Notes: a model not told the origin generated them from the sequence alone. A stretch of 64,000 nucleotides of DNA from Candidatus Iainarchaeum sp. (GCA_017609985.1 JAFCCW010000001.1:1-64000), one strand, 5' to 3'; positions 1-9,819 are shown, counted from the stretch's first letter. Numbers and translations: made by a program.

Positions 1-47
1 CCCACTGTTTCAAAAGCAATTTAAAAGAGAAAAAAGAAAATATTAAA

Positions 48-1463
48 ATGAATGCTAGAGAATTAGAATCTCAGAATGCAATCCCTGTTTGGGATTTTCC
101 AGATAAAGCGACGATACAAATTTCAAATGAATTTTTAGATAGAATTATTAAAAAAAGAAAACAAACTTTCAAATCATGGAAATCATTTTATGACTCATTT
201 AACAATGAAATCAGCTATTCCTATTTTAAATGCTGTTTCAAACCTTCTTTCAAACAATTAAGACCCAAAAATATCCTAACAGAAACTTGTAAAAAATTGG
301 AAATAAATTTACTATACTTTGAAAAATCAATTATTTCTTATAGTCTCGCTAGAAGCAGAACGATAATTACTAAACCAAACCTGCCAATAAGAGTAACTCC
401 TTTATTCTCAATGATTGTTGCTCATGCCATAGCAGATGGTTGCTTAAATCGATTCAAAGATAAAGACACAGTTTATCTTAATTACACGCAGGTTAATAAA
501 AATCTAAGAAAATTATTTATTTCAAAAGTTGAACGGGTCTTTGGCAAAATTAAATATAGAACACAATATTTTGAAAAAAAAATCAGGGTTTATACTCCTG
601 AAATTATAACACTAATTATTATGAATTACTTCAAACTTGATGATGCCTCATTTCTTGAAAACTCGTCTGAACTGCCTCCAAAAATATTCACATCGAGTAA
701 CGACCACTTACTAGCCTGTTTAATTGGTTTCATTATTGATGAGGGAAATATTGATTCGAGTCAGATAGTAATAGGATTAAACAACAACAAGCTGATAAGT
801 CAATTATCCAAAATTTGTAAAATATTAGAATATAAACATACTATCACTCCAAGAAAATCAGGAGGCCAATATTTATATATTCTAAAAGATGGTGTTCAAA
901 AATTTTGGGAAAATTATTTAGATTTGAAAAGTAAATATCCTGAAATAAATATGGATTATAAAGAAAAAGCAATTGAAAATGGAATTATTAGACTAAAAAA
1001 ACAATGGAAAAGTAATGGAGAAAATCAAACAAAAAACCAAATCTTAAAAAGCTTAAAAGAAAAGCACATGGCAATAAAGGAATTGGCCCAATCATTGTTT
1101 TTAACGAGGCAAGGCATTAAACATCAAATAAAACAACTTAAAGATGTTGGTTTAATCAAAATTGTTGGAAAAACAAAACACGGCGGAAATATTTATGGAT
1201 TAATTAAATATGTCCAATTTCCAGAATCTAATAAAGGTTCAAGTAAAGCGATTGGCAGCAGTAAATCAAAAATTGAGTCATTACTTAACGAAAAGGAACT
1301 AACAACAACACAACTTGCTGAAAAAATAGCTGTCGAAAGAAGCTCTTTGTTAAAACTTTTATATGCGCTTGAAAAAAAACACAAAATAAAAAGAGTTGGG
1401 GTAGTAACATTAACTACGCATCCAACGATTTTGTGGAAAACAAATGAAAATGATACTCAGTGA
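48..1463 (+). CDS. Free-standing LAGLIDADG endonuclease-like protein with two C-terminal winged-helix domains
   Basis: Two LAGLIDADG-like motifs (IVAHAIADG, LIGFIIDEG). C-terminal HTH segments (IKELAQSLFLTRQGIKHQIKQL; TTTQLAEKIAVERSSLLKLLYAL). Visibly more AT-rich than neighbours. Confidence 0.7.
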   Translation: MNARELESQNAIPVWDFPDKATIQISNEFLDRIIKKRKQTFKSWKSFYDSFNNEISYSYFKCCFKPSFKQLRPKNILTETCKKLEINLLYFEKSIISYSLARSRTIITKPNLPIRVTPLFSMIVAHAIADGCLNRFKDKDTVYLNYTQVNKNLRKLFISKVERVFGKIKYRTQYFEKKIRVYTPEIITLIIMNYFKLDDASFLENSSELPPKIFTSSNDHLLACLIGFIIDEGNIDSSQIVIGLNNNKLISQLSKICKILEYKHTITPRKSGGQYLYILKDGVQKFWENYLDLKSKYPEINMDYKEKAIENGIIRLKKQWKSNGENQTKNQILKSLKEKHMAIKELAQSLFLTRQGIKHQIKQLKDVGLIKIVGKTKHGGNIYGLIKYVQFPESNKGSSKAIGSSKSKIESLLNEKELTTTQLAEKIAVERSSLLKLLYALEKKHKIKRVGVVTLTTHPTILWKTNENDTQ

Positions 1464-1469
1464 TTATTT

Positions 1470-2663
1470 ATGCAAATAGGGCTTATAGGCAAACCGTCAA
1501 GTGGCAAAAGTACTTTCTGGAATGCTGCTACATTGGGAGTTGCAGAAGTTAGTTCAAGACCGTTCACTACAATCAAGGCAAATCAGGGAACAGGATATAT
1601 TACAAGAAAGTGCGTGCACGAAGAGTTGGGAGTAGAGTGCGAGCCAATGAACAGCAAGTGCGAGCAAGGAATTAGATTAATTCCAGCAACACTTCTTGAC
1701 GTAGCAGGACTTATTGAGGGAGCCTGGGAAGGAAAAGGTCTTGGAAACCAGTTTATGAATGACTTAATGCAGGCTTCTGCTCTAATTCATGTGTTGGACA
1801 CAGCAGGAGCAACCGATGCAGAGGGGAATCCAGTGAAAGCAGGAGAACACGACCCAGCAGAAGATGTTCACTTTTTGGAGAGAGAAATAGACTACTGGAT
1901 TAAGGGAATTCTTAAAAAAAATTGGGGAAAAATTTCAAAACAAGCAACTGTTTCAAAAAAGCCATGGGAATCACTCGGCAACCAATTAAGCGGTCTTGGC
2001 ATTGGAGAAGAAAGTGTCAAGGAAACAATTGGGCAAGAAGGATTTTCACAAAAACCTGATGAATGGAGTGAAGAAGAGATTCTCAGATTTGCAACAGTGA
2101 TAAGAAAAAAGAACAAGCCCTTGTTGATTGCAGCAAACAAGATGGATTTGCCCGGGGCAGAAGAAAATTTAAAAAAGTTAAGAGAAAAATTTCCAGAACA
2201 CATCTTTGTTCCCTGCTGTGCAGAAGCAGAGCTTGCTCTAAGAAAAGCAGAGAAAGCAGGAGTAATAGAGTATGTTCCGGGAGAGGGAGACTTCAAGCTA
2301 TTGAAAGAAGACATTGAAGAAAAGCAAAAAAAAGCATTAGAGTTTATCAGGGAAAACATACTGAAAAAGTTTGGAAGCACTGGAGTGCAGGACGCAATAA
2401 ACAAGACAGCCTTTGAACTGCTCAAGCTTATTGTTGTTTACCCTGTTGAAGATGCAAACAAGTGGAAATCAGGAAAGGGAAATATTCTGCCCGACGCATT
2501 CCTTATTCCTGTTGGAAGCAATGCATATGATATGGCAGTAAAGATTCACACAGGATTTGGACCAAGGTTTATAGCAGCAATTGACTGCAGAAGCAAGCAA
2601 AAGCTTGGAAAAGAACATGCACTAAAAATGGATGACGTGGTTAAAGTGCAGTTGAGTAATTAA
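1470..2663 (+). CDS. ychF: Archaeal YchF/OLA1-family Obg-like ATPase/GTPase
   Basis: GKPSSGKST, PFTTI, DVAGL..GA..GKGLGNQF, NKMD, C-terminal TGS-like domain. Confidence 0.92.
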   Translation: MQIGLIGKPSSGKSTFWNAATLGVAEVSSRPFTTIKANQGTGYITRKCVHEELGVECEPMNSKCEQGIRLIPATLLDVAGLIEGAWEGKGLGNQFMNDLMQASALIHVLDTAGATDAEGNPVKAGEHDPAEDVHFLEREIDYWIKGILKKNWGKISKQATVSKKPWESLGNQLSGLGIGEESVKETIGQEGFSQKPDEWSEEEILRFATVIRKKNKPLLIAANKMDLPGAEENLKKLREKFPEHIFVPCCAEAELALRKAEKAGVIEYVPGEGDFKLLKEDIEEKQKKALEFIRENILKKFGSTGVQDAINKTAFELLKLIVVYPVEDANKWKSGKGNILPDAFLIPVGSNAYDMAVKIHTGFGPRFIAAIDCRSKQKLGKEHALKMDDVVKVQLSN

Positions 2664-2758
2664 TGCAAGCAAAGAGAAAATAGAACAAAACAAAAACAAA
2701 GAATGTGAATTCAAAAAACTAGGGCTTTTTATAACTTTTTCGAAAGGAAATATTTCTT

Positions 2759-3961
2759 ATGGACGTGTTAATGATACTGCTTTTTCTTGCAGCAATAATC
2801 TTCCTAGGTGTTTTTGGAGAATTTATTTTTTCAAGAACAAAGGTGCCGGATGTTCTGTGGCTAGTGGTTTTTGGAATAGTCGTGGGGCCAGTACTTGGAT
2901 TTGTAAGTGCTGAATCACTGTGGAATATTGTGCCTGTTTTTTCAGCAGTTGCATTGATTGTTGTGATGTTTGAAGGTGGACTGCATCTTAATATTTATTC
3001 AGTGATAAAGAATACTCCTACAAGCACAACTCTCGCAATAGTTAGTTTTTTAATGAGTGCAATTGCAATAATGCTGGCGTCAGAAGTTCTTGCTTTTGCA
3101 GGGTTGTTGCCAAACTGGACTCTTTGGAATGGCCTGCTTCTTGGAACTATTCTCGGAGGAGCAAGCTCGCTCATAGTGCTTCCATTAGTTAACTCTCTTA
3201 ATATGTCAAAGAAGACAAAGGCAGTGCTGAGCATTGAAAGCAGTATTACAGATGTGCTGAGCGTTACAATTACAATTGCTCTTATAAATTTCATTATTGC
3301 GTCAGGAAGCATGCAAAGTATTTTGCATAATATTTCAGCAAGCTTTGCAATAGCGGTGGTGCTTGGAGCAGTCGCAGGACTCATCTGGCTTTATGCACTA
3401 AGATATTTTTCAGAGCGAAGCCCAATAAACAAGCACAATTACATGATTACTTTTGGTTATTTGCTGTTGTTGTACTCAGCAGTAGAGTTTATTGGAGGAA
3501 GCGGAGCAATCTCTGCATTGATATTCGGACTTGTATTGGGAAACAGCGTGAAGATTACAAAAATGCTGAAACTCAGAAAGACAAGTCTTGACAGAAAAGT
3601 AAAGGAATTCAATTCACAAGTAAGCTTTTTTGTAAAAACATTCTTTTTTGCTCTGATTGGATTCCTTATTGTCTTTGAACCGCTTGCAATAATTATTGGA
3701 ACAAGCCTTGGGATAGTTGCGCTTGCAGTAAGACCGTTTGCAGTAAAGATTTCAACAAGAAATCAAAACATAAAGCAGAAGGAAAAAAACCTGATGAGTT
3801 TTTTGATTCCACGTGGTTTGGCAGCAGCCGTGCTTGCAGTAATGCCTGCTTCAATGGGTGTAGAGGGAACAGAACTTTTTTCAAAAATTGTTTTCATAAC
3901 CATTGTCGTGACTATTATTATAACAACAGCTTTGTTTTACAGACAGTTAAAAAAACAGTGA
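2759..3961 (+). CDS. Cation:proton antiporter (CPA1/NhaP-like)
   Basis: About 12 hydrophobic helices; FEGG, ESSITD and PRGLAAAVLA motifs. Confidence 0.88.
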   Translation: MDVLMILLFLAAIIFLGVFGEFIFSRTKVPDVLWLVVFGIVVGPVLGFVSAESLWNIVPVFSAVALIVVMFEGGLHLNIYSVIKNTPTSTTLAIVSFLMSAIAIMLASEVLAFAGLLPNWTLWNGLLLGTILGGASSLIVLPLVNSLNMSKKTKAVLSIESSITDVLSVTITIALINFIIASGSMQSILHNISASFAIAVVLGAVAGLIWLYALRYFSERSPINKHNYMITFGYLLLLYSAVEFIGGSGAISALIFGLVLGNSVKITKMLKLRKTSLDRKVKEFNSQVSFFVKTFFFALIGFLIVFEPLAIIIGTSLGIVALAVRPFAVKISTRNQNIKQKEKNLMSFLIPRGLAAAVLAVMPASMGVEGTELFSKIVFITIVVTIIITTALFYRQLKKQ

Positions 3962-3964
3962 AGA

Positions 3965-4019
3965 ATTAGTAAATTAGTTAAAGTAAATTAGTTAAAGTAA
4001 ATTAGTTAATGTTAGTTAA
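3965..4019. repeat. AT-rich tandem repeat (about 14-bp unit GTAAATTAGTTAAA) between convergent genes, running into the cdc6 stop codon
   Basis: gtaaattagttaaa gtaaattagttaaa gtaaattagttaat read directly from 3969, with partial copies on either side. Confidence 0.85.
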
Positions 4020-5132
4020 GTGTTTTTCAATCTCTTTCTTCGGAACCGCGATTGACAACTGTCTTGTTTTCCCACGCATTCCCTCTCCAATAAGAGGTGC
4101 GTTTATTAAATCAGAATCAGAGAGTTTTCCAATCATTGAACGAAAGGATCTTTCAGAAAGAGGCTTTTTTGAGAGTTGGGAATACTTCTTGTAAACTTCT
4201 CCGCTTTTTTGAGAATCCTTTGAAACAATTATTTTGAGAATAATTTTCTCTTCTTCGTTTAGAGACTCAACAATCTTTTGAACAGGAGCTGAATCAATGC
4301 TCTTGAATGCAGAGCGCAGGTATTCAACAGTTACCTCTCCAGAGTTGTCACGTTCCGCAGCTCTGCCTGCTTTGAGAAGAGCATCTATTGCAACTCTTGC
4401 GTCTCCTCCTTTCTTTGCAGCATGAGCTGCAGCAACAGCTATTGCTTCTTTTCCAATTACTCCATCAACAAAAGCATACTCTGCCCGCTCTCCAAGAATG
4501 TCTTTGAGCTGTTCAGGGGAATATGGATTGAACTCAATGTTTTCTTCCATGAGCGAGCTTTTGACTCTGCCATCCAGTCTTGAAGTAAAAGAAAAGTCGT
4601 TTGAGACAAGAATTATTCCAAAACGTGCTTTTTCCTGTTCAGAAATTCGGAGAAGATCATACAAGAGCTTTGAAGCCTCGTTTGAACCCTGCATCTGATC
4701 TATTTCGTCAAGAACAATTATCGGAGTGAACCTGCTTTTTTTAAGAACAAAACGCATTGAATCATAGATTTCGTCTGTTCCAGTTCCGCGCCTTGGAATC
4801 GGACTTCCCAAAAAGTTAGTGATTGAAGCAAGAATTGAATGTCTGGTGTTTTGTTCAAAACAGTTAATGTGAATAGAGCGTGCTCTGTCAGAATATTCTT
4901 CAAGCTCGTTTAAGACATATCTTGCAGTAGCTGTTTTGCCAGTCCCAGTCGGACCATACAAGAAAACATTCTGGGGCTTTCCCCCCTTTGTGACTGGATT
5001 AAAGCAGAAAACAAGGGAATCAATTTCTTCATCCCTGTGAGGCAATCGCGCAGGAACATGCTCTGGATACAGGTATTGTTCGCTCTTGAAAATCAGGGTC
5101 TGCCCCTTAGTTTTTGAAAAAATGTTCTTCAA
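4002..5132 (-). CDS. cdc6: Orc1/Cdc6 replication initiator (AAA+ and winged helix)
   Basis: LPHRDEEI, Walker A GPTGTGKT, Walker B IVLDEID, GDARVAI, C-terminal GMRGKTR wing. Confidence 0.93.
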   Translation of the reverse strand: MKNIFSKTKGQTLIFKSEQYLYPEHVPARLPHRDEEIDSLVFCFNPVTKGGKPQNVFLYGPTGTGKTATARYVLNELEEYSDRARSIHINCFEQNTRHSILASITNFLGSPIPRRGTGTDEIYDSMRFVLKKSRFTPIIVLDEIDQMQGSNEASKLLYDLLRISEQEKARFGIILVSNDFSFTSRLDGRVKSSLMEENIEFNPYSPEQLKDILGERAEYAFVDGVIGKEAIAVAAAHAAKKGGDARVAIDALLKAGRAAERDNSGEVTVEYLRSAFKSIDSAPVQKIVESLNEEEKIILKIIVSKDSQKSGEVYKKYSQLSKKPLSERSFRSMIGKLSDSDLINAPLIGEGMRGKTRQLSIAVPKKEIEKHLTNIN

Positions 5133-5196
5133 TTACAACACTCCAGAATAATTCAAGTGCATTAAAAATAAAACAATACTGCTGAAAGAATAATTT

Positions 5197-6027
5197 ATGG
5201 CAAAATGCATAGTATTTGGAACTGCGGGAATACCGCACTCTACACGAGAAAGAAGCTCTGTTGAAGGAGTAAAGCGAATAAAAGAGCTAGGATTAGGAGC
5301 AATGGAGCTGGAATTTGTAAGAGGAGTAAACATGAAACAGGAAACAGCAGAAGCAGTGAAAAAAGAAGCTGAAGACCTTGGAATTAGGTTAAGTGTTCAC
5401 GCTCCATACTATATTAACCTGAATTCAAAGGAACCAGATAAAAGAACTGCCAGCATCAAGAGAATTTACGATTCTGCACGCGTTGGCTGGTGGGCTGGAG
5501 CAAGACTTGTTACCTTTCACCCAGCATACTATCATGAAATGAAACGAGAAGAAGTTGTTCAGATAGTGGAAGAACAGCTTAATTCACTTTTTAAACAACT
5601 TGGAAAAGACGGGATTGAAATCATAATTGCTCCAGAAACCTGTGGAAAAAAAAGCCAGTTTGGTTCTCTTGAAGAAATTCTTGAACTCTGCTCCAAGATA
5701 GAAAAATTAAGACCAATGGTTGATTTTTCTCACCTGCATGCAAGATGCAATGGTTGCCTAAAAACAAAAGAAGATTTTTTGAAACAACTTGAACTGATTA
5801 AGCAAGAAAACAAGAGTTTTCTTAACGAACTTCAGATGCATGTGTCAGGAATAAATTATTCAGAAAAAGGGGAAAAAAATCATTTGAATATGAATGAAGC
5901 AGACTTCAATTACAAAGCATTACTGGAAGCGCTAAAGGAAGAGAATGTGCAGGGAACAATAATCTGCGAAAGTCCAAATCTTGAAGAAGATGCTCTAAGA
6001 ATGAAAAACTATTATGATTCATTGTAA
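5197..6027 (+). CDS. nfo: Endonuclease IV (AP endonuclease family 2, TIM barrel)
   Basis: FGTAG, HAPYYINL, ETCGK, DFSHLHAR and ICESP metal-ligand motifs. Confidence 0.9.
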   Translation: MAKCIVFGTAGIPHSTRERSSVEGVKRIKELGLGAMELEFVRGVNMKQETAEAVKKEAEDLGIRLSVHAPYYINLNSKEPDKRTASIKRIYDSARVGWWAGARLVTFHPAYYHEMKREEVVQIVEEQLNSLFKQLGKDGIEIIIAPETCGKKSQFGSLEEILELCSKIEKLRPMVDFSHLHARCNGCLKTKEDFLKQLELIKQENKSFLNELQMHVSGINYSEKGEKNHLNMNEADFNYKALLEALKEENVQGTIICESPNLEEDALRMKNYYDSL

Positions 6028-6084
6028 ATTGAAAAGCCTAACAAAAATGAAAAGCTTTTAAAACAGTTCAACCATGTTTTTTCT

Positions 6085-6375
6085 ATGGCTGACGAAGAAA
6101 CAGCAGAAAGTTCTCCCGCGCCAAGCATTGGAACTATTGACTTATGGTACACAAAAATAATGAGTTCCATTACTGCGGGAGTAAGTTCTTTTGTAGCATT
6201 TCTTTTCTTTCTATTTACAATAGGGGCCTTTTTTGGATTGATAACTGCCATGCGCTGGCCGCATCTTGCTTCATGGATTGTGATTATTCCTGCTATTATT
6301 GGACTAATAGCATACTATAACAGAACATTTGCAACAGCAGTTTTTTTCCTACTTATAATTTTTGTATTCATCTAG
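6085..6375 (+). CDS. Small membrane protein of unknown function
   Basis: ORF with about 3 hydrophobic segments. Confidence 0.65.
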   Translation: MADEETAESSPAPSIGTIDLWYTKIMSSITAGVSSFVAFLFFLFTIGAFFGLITAMRWPHLASWIVIIPAIIGLIAYYNRTFATAVFFLLIIFVFI

Positions 6376-6384
6376 GTGAAGCAT

Positions 6385-6951
6385 ATGAGCGAAATAACTC
6401 TTTCAAGCGAAGAATTCAAAGCACTCTCTTCAGACACAAGAACAAATCTGTTAAGACTGCTTAAAGACAGAAAACACACGCTTAGTGAATTCTCCAAAAA
6501 AACAGGGCTTTCAGCACCCACCGTCAAACAGCATCTTGAAACTCTTGTAAAAACAGGACTAATAGAACAGGTTGACAACGGAAGAAAATGGAAATACTAT
6601 TCTCTTACAAGAAAGGGTTCAGAAATAATTGAACCGAAAGAAAGCACAAGCATTTTCATCATGATTGCTTTTTCGCTTATTGCACTAGGAATAGTTCTTT
6701 ACTCATTCGGAAGCCTTGACCTCGTGCCAAACCAGTGGGCCGCAGACGACATCATGAAAGCCCCGCAATTTGAAAACGCAAAAAAAGACATGATTGCAGG
6801 ATCTGCAATGCCAGAACCAGATAGTTTGTTAGTAAATGAAGAAATAAGAGAATCTAATAAAACAGATTACAATCTGGTTTACTTGTACATAGCGGCTATA
6901 ACTGGACTCTCTATTCTTGCAGGCTACAGCCTTGGAAAATCAAGAAGATAG
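6385..6951 (+). CDS. Membrane-anchored ArsR-type winged-helix transcription regulator
   Basis: FKALSSDTRTNLL...LSAPTVKQHLETL...KWKYYSLT HTH, then two TM helices. AGGTGA RBS precedes the ATG at 6385 (ORF track starts at GTG 6376). Confidence 0.85.
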   Translation: MSEITLSSEEFKALSSDTRTNLLRLLKDRKHTLSEFSKKTGLSAPTVKQHLETLVKTGLIEQVDNGRKWKYYSLTRKGSEIIEPKESTSIFIMIAFSLIALGIVLYSFGSLDLVPNQWAADDIMKAPQFENAKKDMIAGSAMPEPDSLLVNEEIRESNKTDYNLVYLYIAAITGLSILAGYSLGKSRR

Positions 6952-7007
6952 CAGAAGATAAGATTAAATCTATTTCCAGCCAACTATAAATTGAGAGAGT
7001 TGGTTAA

Positions 7008-7508
7008 ATGAACAAAGCAGGAATTTTCTGCACAGCCATGGCAATAGTGTTTGCAATAGCCGCAGTTTCATTTCATCACGAAACAAACGCTAACAGAAAC
7101 AAGATAATTGAAGCCAGGCTGATTGCACTGGAAGCTGAAAAATGCTCGCTTAAACGGCACGCAGTAGAACAAGCTTTTGACAAAGCTGTTGTCAGAGGTT
7201 TGGAGAAATGCTTGCTTGTTCCAGAAAGCAGGCCAGAAGTCCACAATATTATTGTAGCCACTGAAATAAGTATTGCTCTTCAAAAAGTTAGTGATAATTC
7301 AGAACAAATAAATTTTGAGAATTCAAGAATTGAATTTATCCGTGCAAATTCAAAATCATTTGTATTAACAGGAGAAGAAACAATTGCAAAGTATTATTTT
7401 ACCGGCGGAGTAAATGGAGTTGAACAAATTAAGGCAGAAATAACTTGCGGAAAAACAAAAACAGAATTCAAAATATTGAAAGGATTCCATTTAGGTGTTA
7501 CTGGGTGA
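7008..7508 (+). CDS. Pilin-like protein with class III-type signal peptide
   Basis: MNKAG/IFCT followed by a hydrophobic stretch; first gene of an overlapping cluster. Confidence 0.6.
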   Translation: MNKAGIFCTAMAIVFAIAAVSFHHETNANRNKIIEARLIALEAEKCSLKRHAVEQAFDKAVVRGLEKCLLVPESRPEVHNIIVATEISIALQKVSDNSEQINFENSRIEFIRANSKSFVLTGEETIAKYYFTGGVNGVEQIKAEITCGKTKTEFKILKGFHLGVTG

Positions 7509-7843
7509 AGGGGCAAGCAAGCATTGAAGCAATAATATCCTTTGTTATTTTTTTAGGATTCCTTGGACTTTTGCTTGGAAGTTTGGCACAGCAGTCAGAA
7601 AGAATGGAAGAAATTGCAGACATTATCTCAGAGAAAAAAGAAGCAATAAGCTGTTCAATCACCTTGAATTCTCTTTACTCAAATTCGGTTGAGGGAACAG
7701 GAATTAAATTTGACTGCAAAGCATGCAGAATCAATAGAATTTGTTGCCCTGAAAAGAGCACGGGAGTGATTCCAAAAGTAAAAAACGTTAAAACAGGAAA
7801 CAAAAAAAAGCTGGAGGCAGAAAATGAAGCACATTACAGATAA
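7505..7843 (+). CDS. Class III signal peptide (pilin-like) protein
   Basis: Start re-assigned to GTG 7505 (GTGA overlap with the upstream stop): KG/QASIEAIISFVIFL. Confidence 0.75.
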   Translation: MKGQASIEAIISFVIFLGFLGLLLGSLAQQSERMEEIADIISEKKEAISCSITLNSLYSNSVEGTGIKFDCKACRINRICCPEKSTGVIPKVKNVKTGNKKKLEAENEAHYR

Positions 7844-8267
7844 GGGCTTTGCATTTTACATAGATCTTTCAGTAGCAGTGATAACAATGTTTCTTTCAAT
7901 CTTCTTGATAACAGCCTTCTTTGGAGGACAGACTGAAAACAAAAAACAAGAGATTGAAAAAATTGAACTTGAGACAACAGCAATATTTTTAGCAGACAGC
8001 ATTGCAAAAAACAATGAAAAAGGATGTGCAGAATATAATTCAGAAAAAAAACGTGTTGAATCAGGAGAAATTTTGTCAAACTGCCTTGAAGAATTTGAAG
8101 GAAAAGAATTTGGAAAAGTATATCTTGCAAAAGTAATTATTTCCGGCAAAACATTTTTTGGAAAAGCAGGCAAGAAATGTGTTACTGCTAAAAGATTTTT
8201 AAAAATTGACAAAAAAGAAGAGGTGATAGAGCTTGTTTTCTGTGAACTTGAAGGGACAGCATCTTAG
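7824..8267 (+). CDS. Class III signal peptide (pilin-like) protein
   Basis: DKG/FAFYIDLSVAVI N-terminus. Confidence 0.7.
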   Translation: MKHITDKGFAFYIDLSVAVITMFLSIFLITAFFGGQTENKKQEIEKIELETTAIFLADSIAKNNEKGCAEYNSEKKRVESGEILSNCLEEFEGKEFGKVYLAKVIISGKTFFGKAGKKCVTAKRFLKIDKKEEVIELVFCELEGTAS

Positions 8268-8592
8268 CATTGATGCTATTCTCTGCATGCTTATGATTGC
8301 AGCAATAGCTTCATTTCCAGTGCAGGAAACAAAACAAGGTATCGGACAAGAGGTCCTGATTTTTCAGCAAGGGAATGACTTATTGAGAATCTGGACTTCA
8401 AGAGAACAACTGTCAATTGAAGAAATGCAAAAAGACACAGAAAGAATGTTTTCTGGAAGAAAAATTGTGTTATTTTTTGGGAATGAAAGCAAATTGATAA
8501 ATGGGGTTGGAGAAAAATCTATTTCATCAGAAATATTTTATTTTAACAAAAGAGGAGATTTACTCAAACTCAGAATAATTGTGCACTATTAG
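8242..8592 (+). CDS. Class III signal peptide (pilin-like) protein
   Basis: LKG/QHLSIDAILCM; probable GTG start at 8242. Confidence 0.65.
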   Translation: MNLKGQHLSIDAILCMLMIAAIASFPVQETKQGIGQEVLIFQQGNDLLRIWTSREQLSIEEMQKDTERMFSGRKIVLFFGNESKLINGVGEKSISSEIFYFNKRGDLLKLRIIVHY

Positions 8593-8979
8593 AATTCTGT
8601 CCCTCCCCTTTGAAAGATTCAGGATTTTTCTTTCGTGAAAAACTTCAGAGAACGGAGCAATAGTGCACCTGAGTGAGAGAGAAAAATCTTTCTTCAAGTT
8701 ATTTTTTCCAAAAACAGTGAGACTTGCATTTCCTTTGTTTACTTCAAGAACCCACTCTCCAAAAGGCCTTGCTTCCACAGAACCAGTGGAACCTGTTCCA
8801 AGAATGGAAAGCTTTGCTGTTTCCTCTTCAAAGTCTGACAAAAAATATTTTGCATTGGCACAGTCAAGAGCAAATAATGCAGAATTGAAGGAATTGGATG
8901 CAGAGGGCAACAAGAGCAAGAATGCTCCTAGAAAGCCACAAAGCAACAAGATATATTCAAGCGAAACCTGTGCTCTCAT
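8560..8979 (-). CDS. Class III signal peptide pilin-like protein
   Basis: MRA/QVSLEYILLL (Q at +1, E at +5). Confidence 0.8.
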   Translation of the reverse strand: MRAQVSLEYILLLCGFLGAFLLLLPSASNSFNSALFALDCANAKYFLSDFEEETAKLSILGTGSTGSVEARPFGEWVLEVNKGNASLTVFGKNNLKKDFSLSLRCTIAPFSEVFHERKILNLSKGRDRILIVHNYSEFE

Positions 8980-9152
8980 ATATCATCAATTTCCTTGAAA
9001 ATTTTTTCTGTTTTCTCCTCAATTACTTTAGAGCCCTCTTTGCTTGTTTCCTGAAGTTGAGAAACAAGAAGCAAGACAAGGGCTACAACTGCCGCAAGAA
9101 CTATTATTAGCTCTACAGATATCTGTGCCTTTGAATCTAATTCCAATGACAT
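8976..9152 (-). CDS. Small 58-aa class III signal peptide pilin (absent from ORF track)
   Basis: Translated by hand: MSLELDSKA/QISVELIIVLAAVVALVLLLVSQLQ...EIDDI*. GGAGG RBS upstream; ATGA overlap with the next gene. Confidence 0.85.
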   Translation of the reverse strand: MSLELDSKAQISVELIIVLAAVVALVLLLVSQLQETSKEGSKVIEEKTEKIFKEIDDI

Positions 9153-9225
9153 TCAACCAACCTCCTAACGAGTAAAACAATTATTTTAAAAAAAGTTTAA
9201 AAGCCTATGGAACATTGATTAGTGT

Positions 9226-9819
9226 ATGAAGGCAAGAGAGAGAAATGATATCATAATAAGCTGGCTCACAATCAGTGCAGCTTTCACTTTTGTGTTAAGT
9301 GACAATCTGTTGGGACTCATAAACAGCCCTGTTTTGTTTCCGGTTATAGCAATAACTGTAGGAGCAGGATTTGTAGTTCATGAATTGTTCCACAGACAAG
9401 TTGCACGAAATTATGGAGCTCACGCAGAGTTTGTAGCCTGGCCTCTTGGACTTGCGCTAGCAGTTGGAATGGGTGTGCTTGCGCTTTTTACAAACTTTGG
9501 ATTTCTTTTTGCAGCGCCTGGAGCAGTATACATCTATGGGCCGCATATTACAAGAAAGCAAAATGGAATAATTTCTCTGGCAGGACCTGCATCAAACCTG
9601 CTAATGGCCCTTGTTTTTTATATGATATTATTAGCGTTTGGAAAAGTACACCCAATAATGGAAATGATTGGAATTTATGGAACTGTAGTAAACACCTGGC
9701 TTGCAGTATTCAATCTTTTACCAATCCCGCCACTTGACGGAAGCAAAATTATTGGTTGGAGTCTGCCTGTGTGGGGAATAGCAATGGCGATAGGACTTCT
9801 TCTCTTAGGAATAGTTTAG
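9226..9819 (+). CDS. Site-2 protease family (M50) intramembrane zinc metallopeptidase
   Basis: HELFH, AGPASN and [10 protein letters not shown] motifs in a hydrophobic protein. Confidence 0.92.
   Translation: MKARERNDIIISWLTISAAFTFVLSDNLLGLINSPVLFPVIAITVGAGFVVHELFHRQVARNYGAHAEFVAWPLGLALAVGMGVLALFTNFGFLFAAPGAVYIYGPHITRKQNGIISLAGPASNLLMALVFYMILLAFGKVHPIMEMIGIYGTVVNTWLAVFNLLPIPPLDGSKIIGWSLPVWGIAMAIGLLLLGIV

Noticed and set aside
3962-5196. Replication origin next to cdc6
   Set aside because: Flanking gaps are only 40-65 bp and show no ORB/G-string motif.
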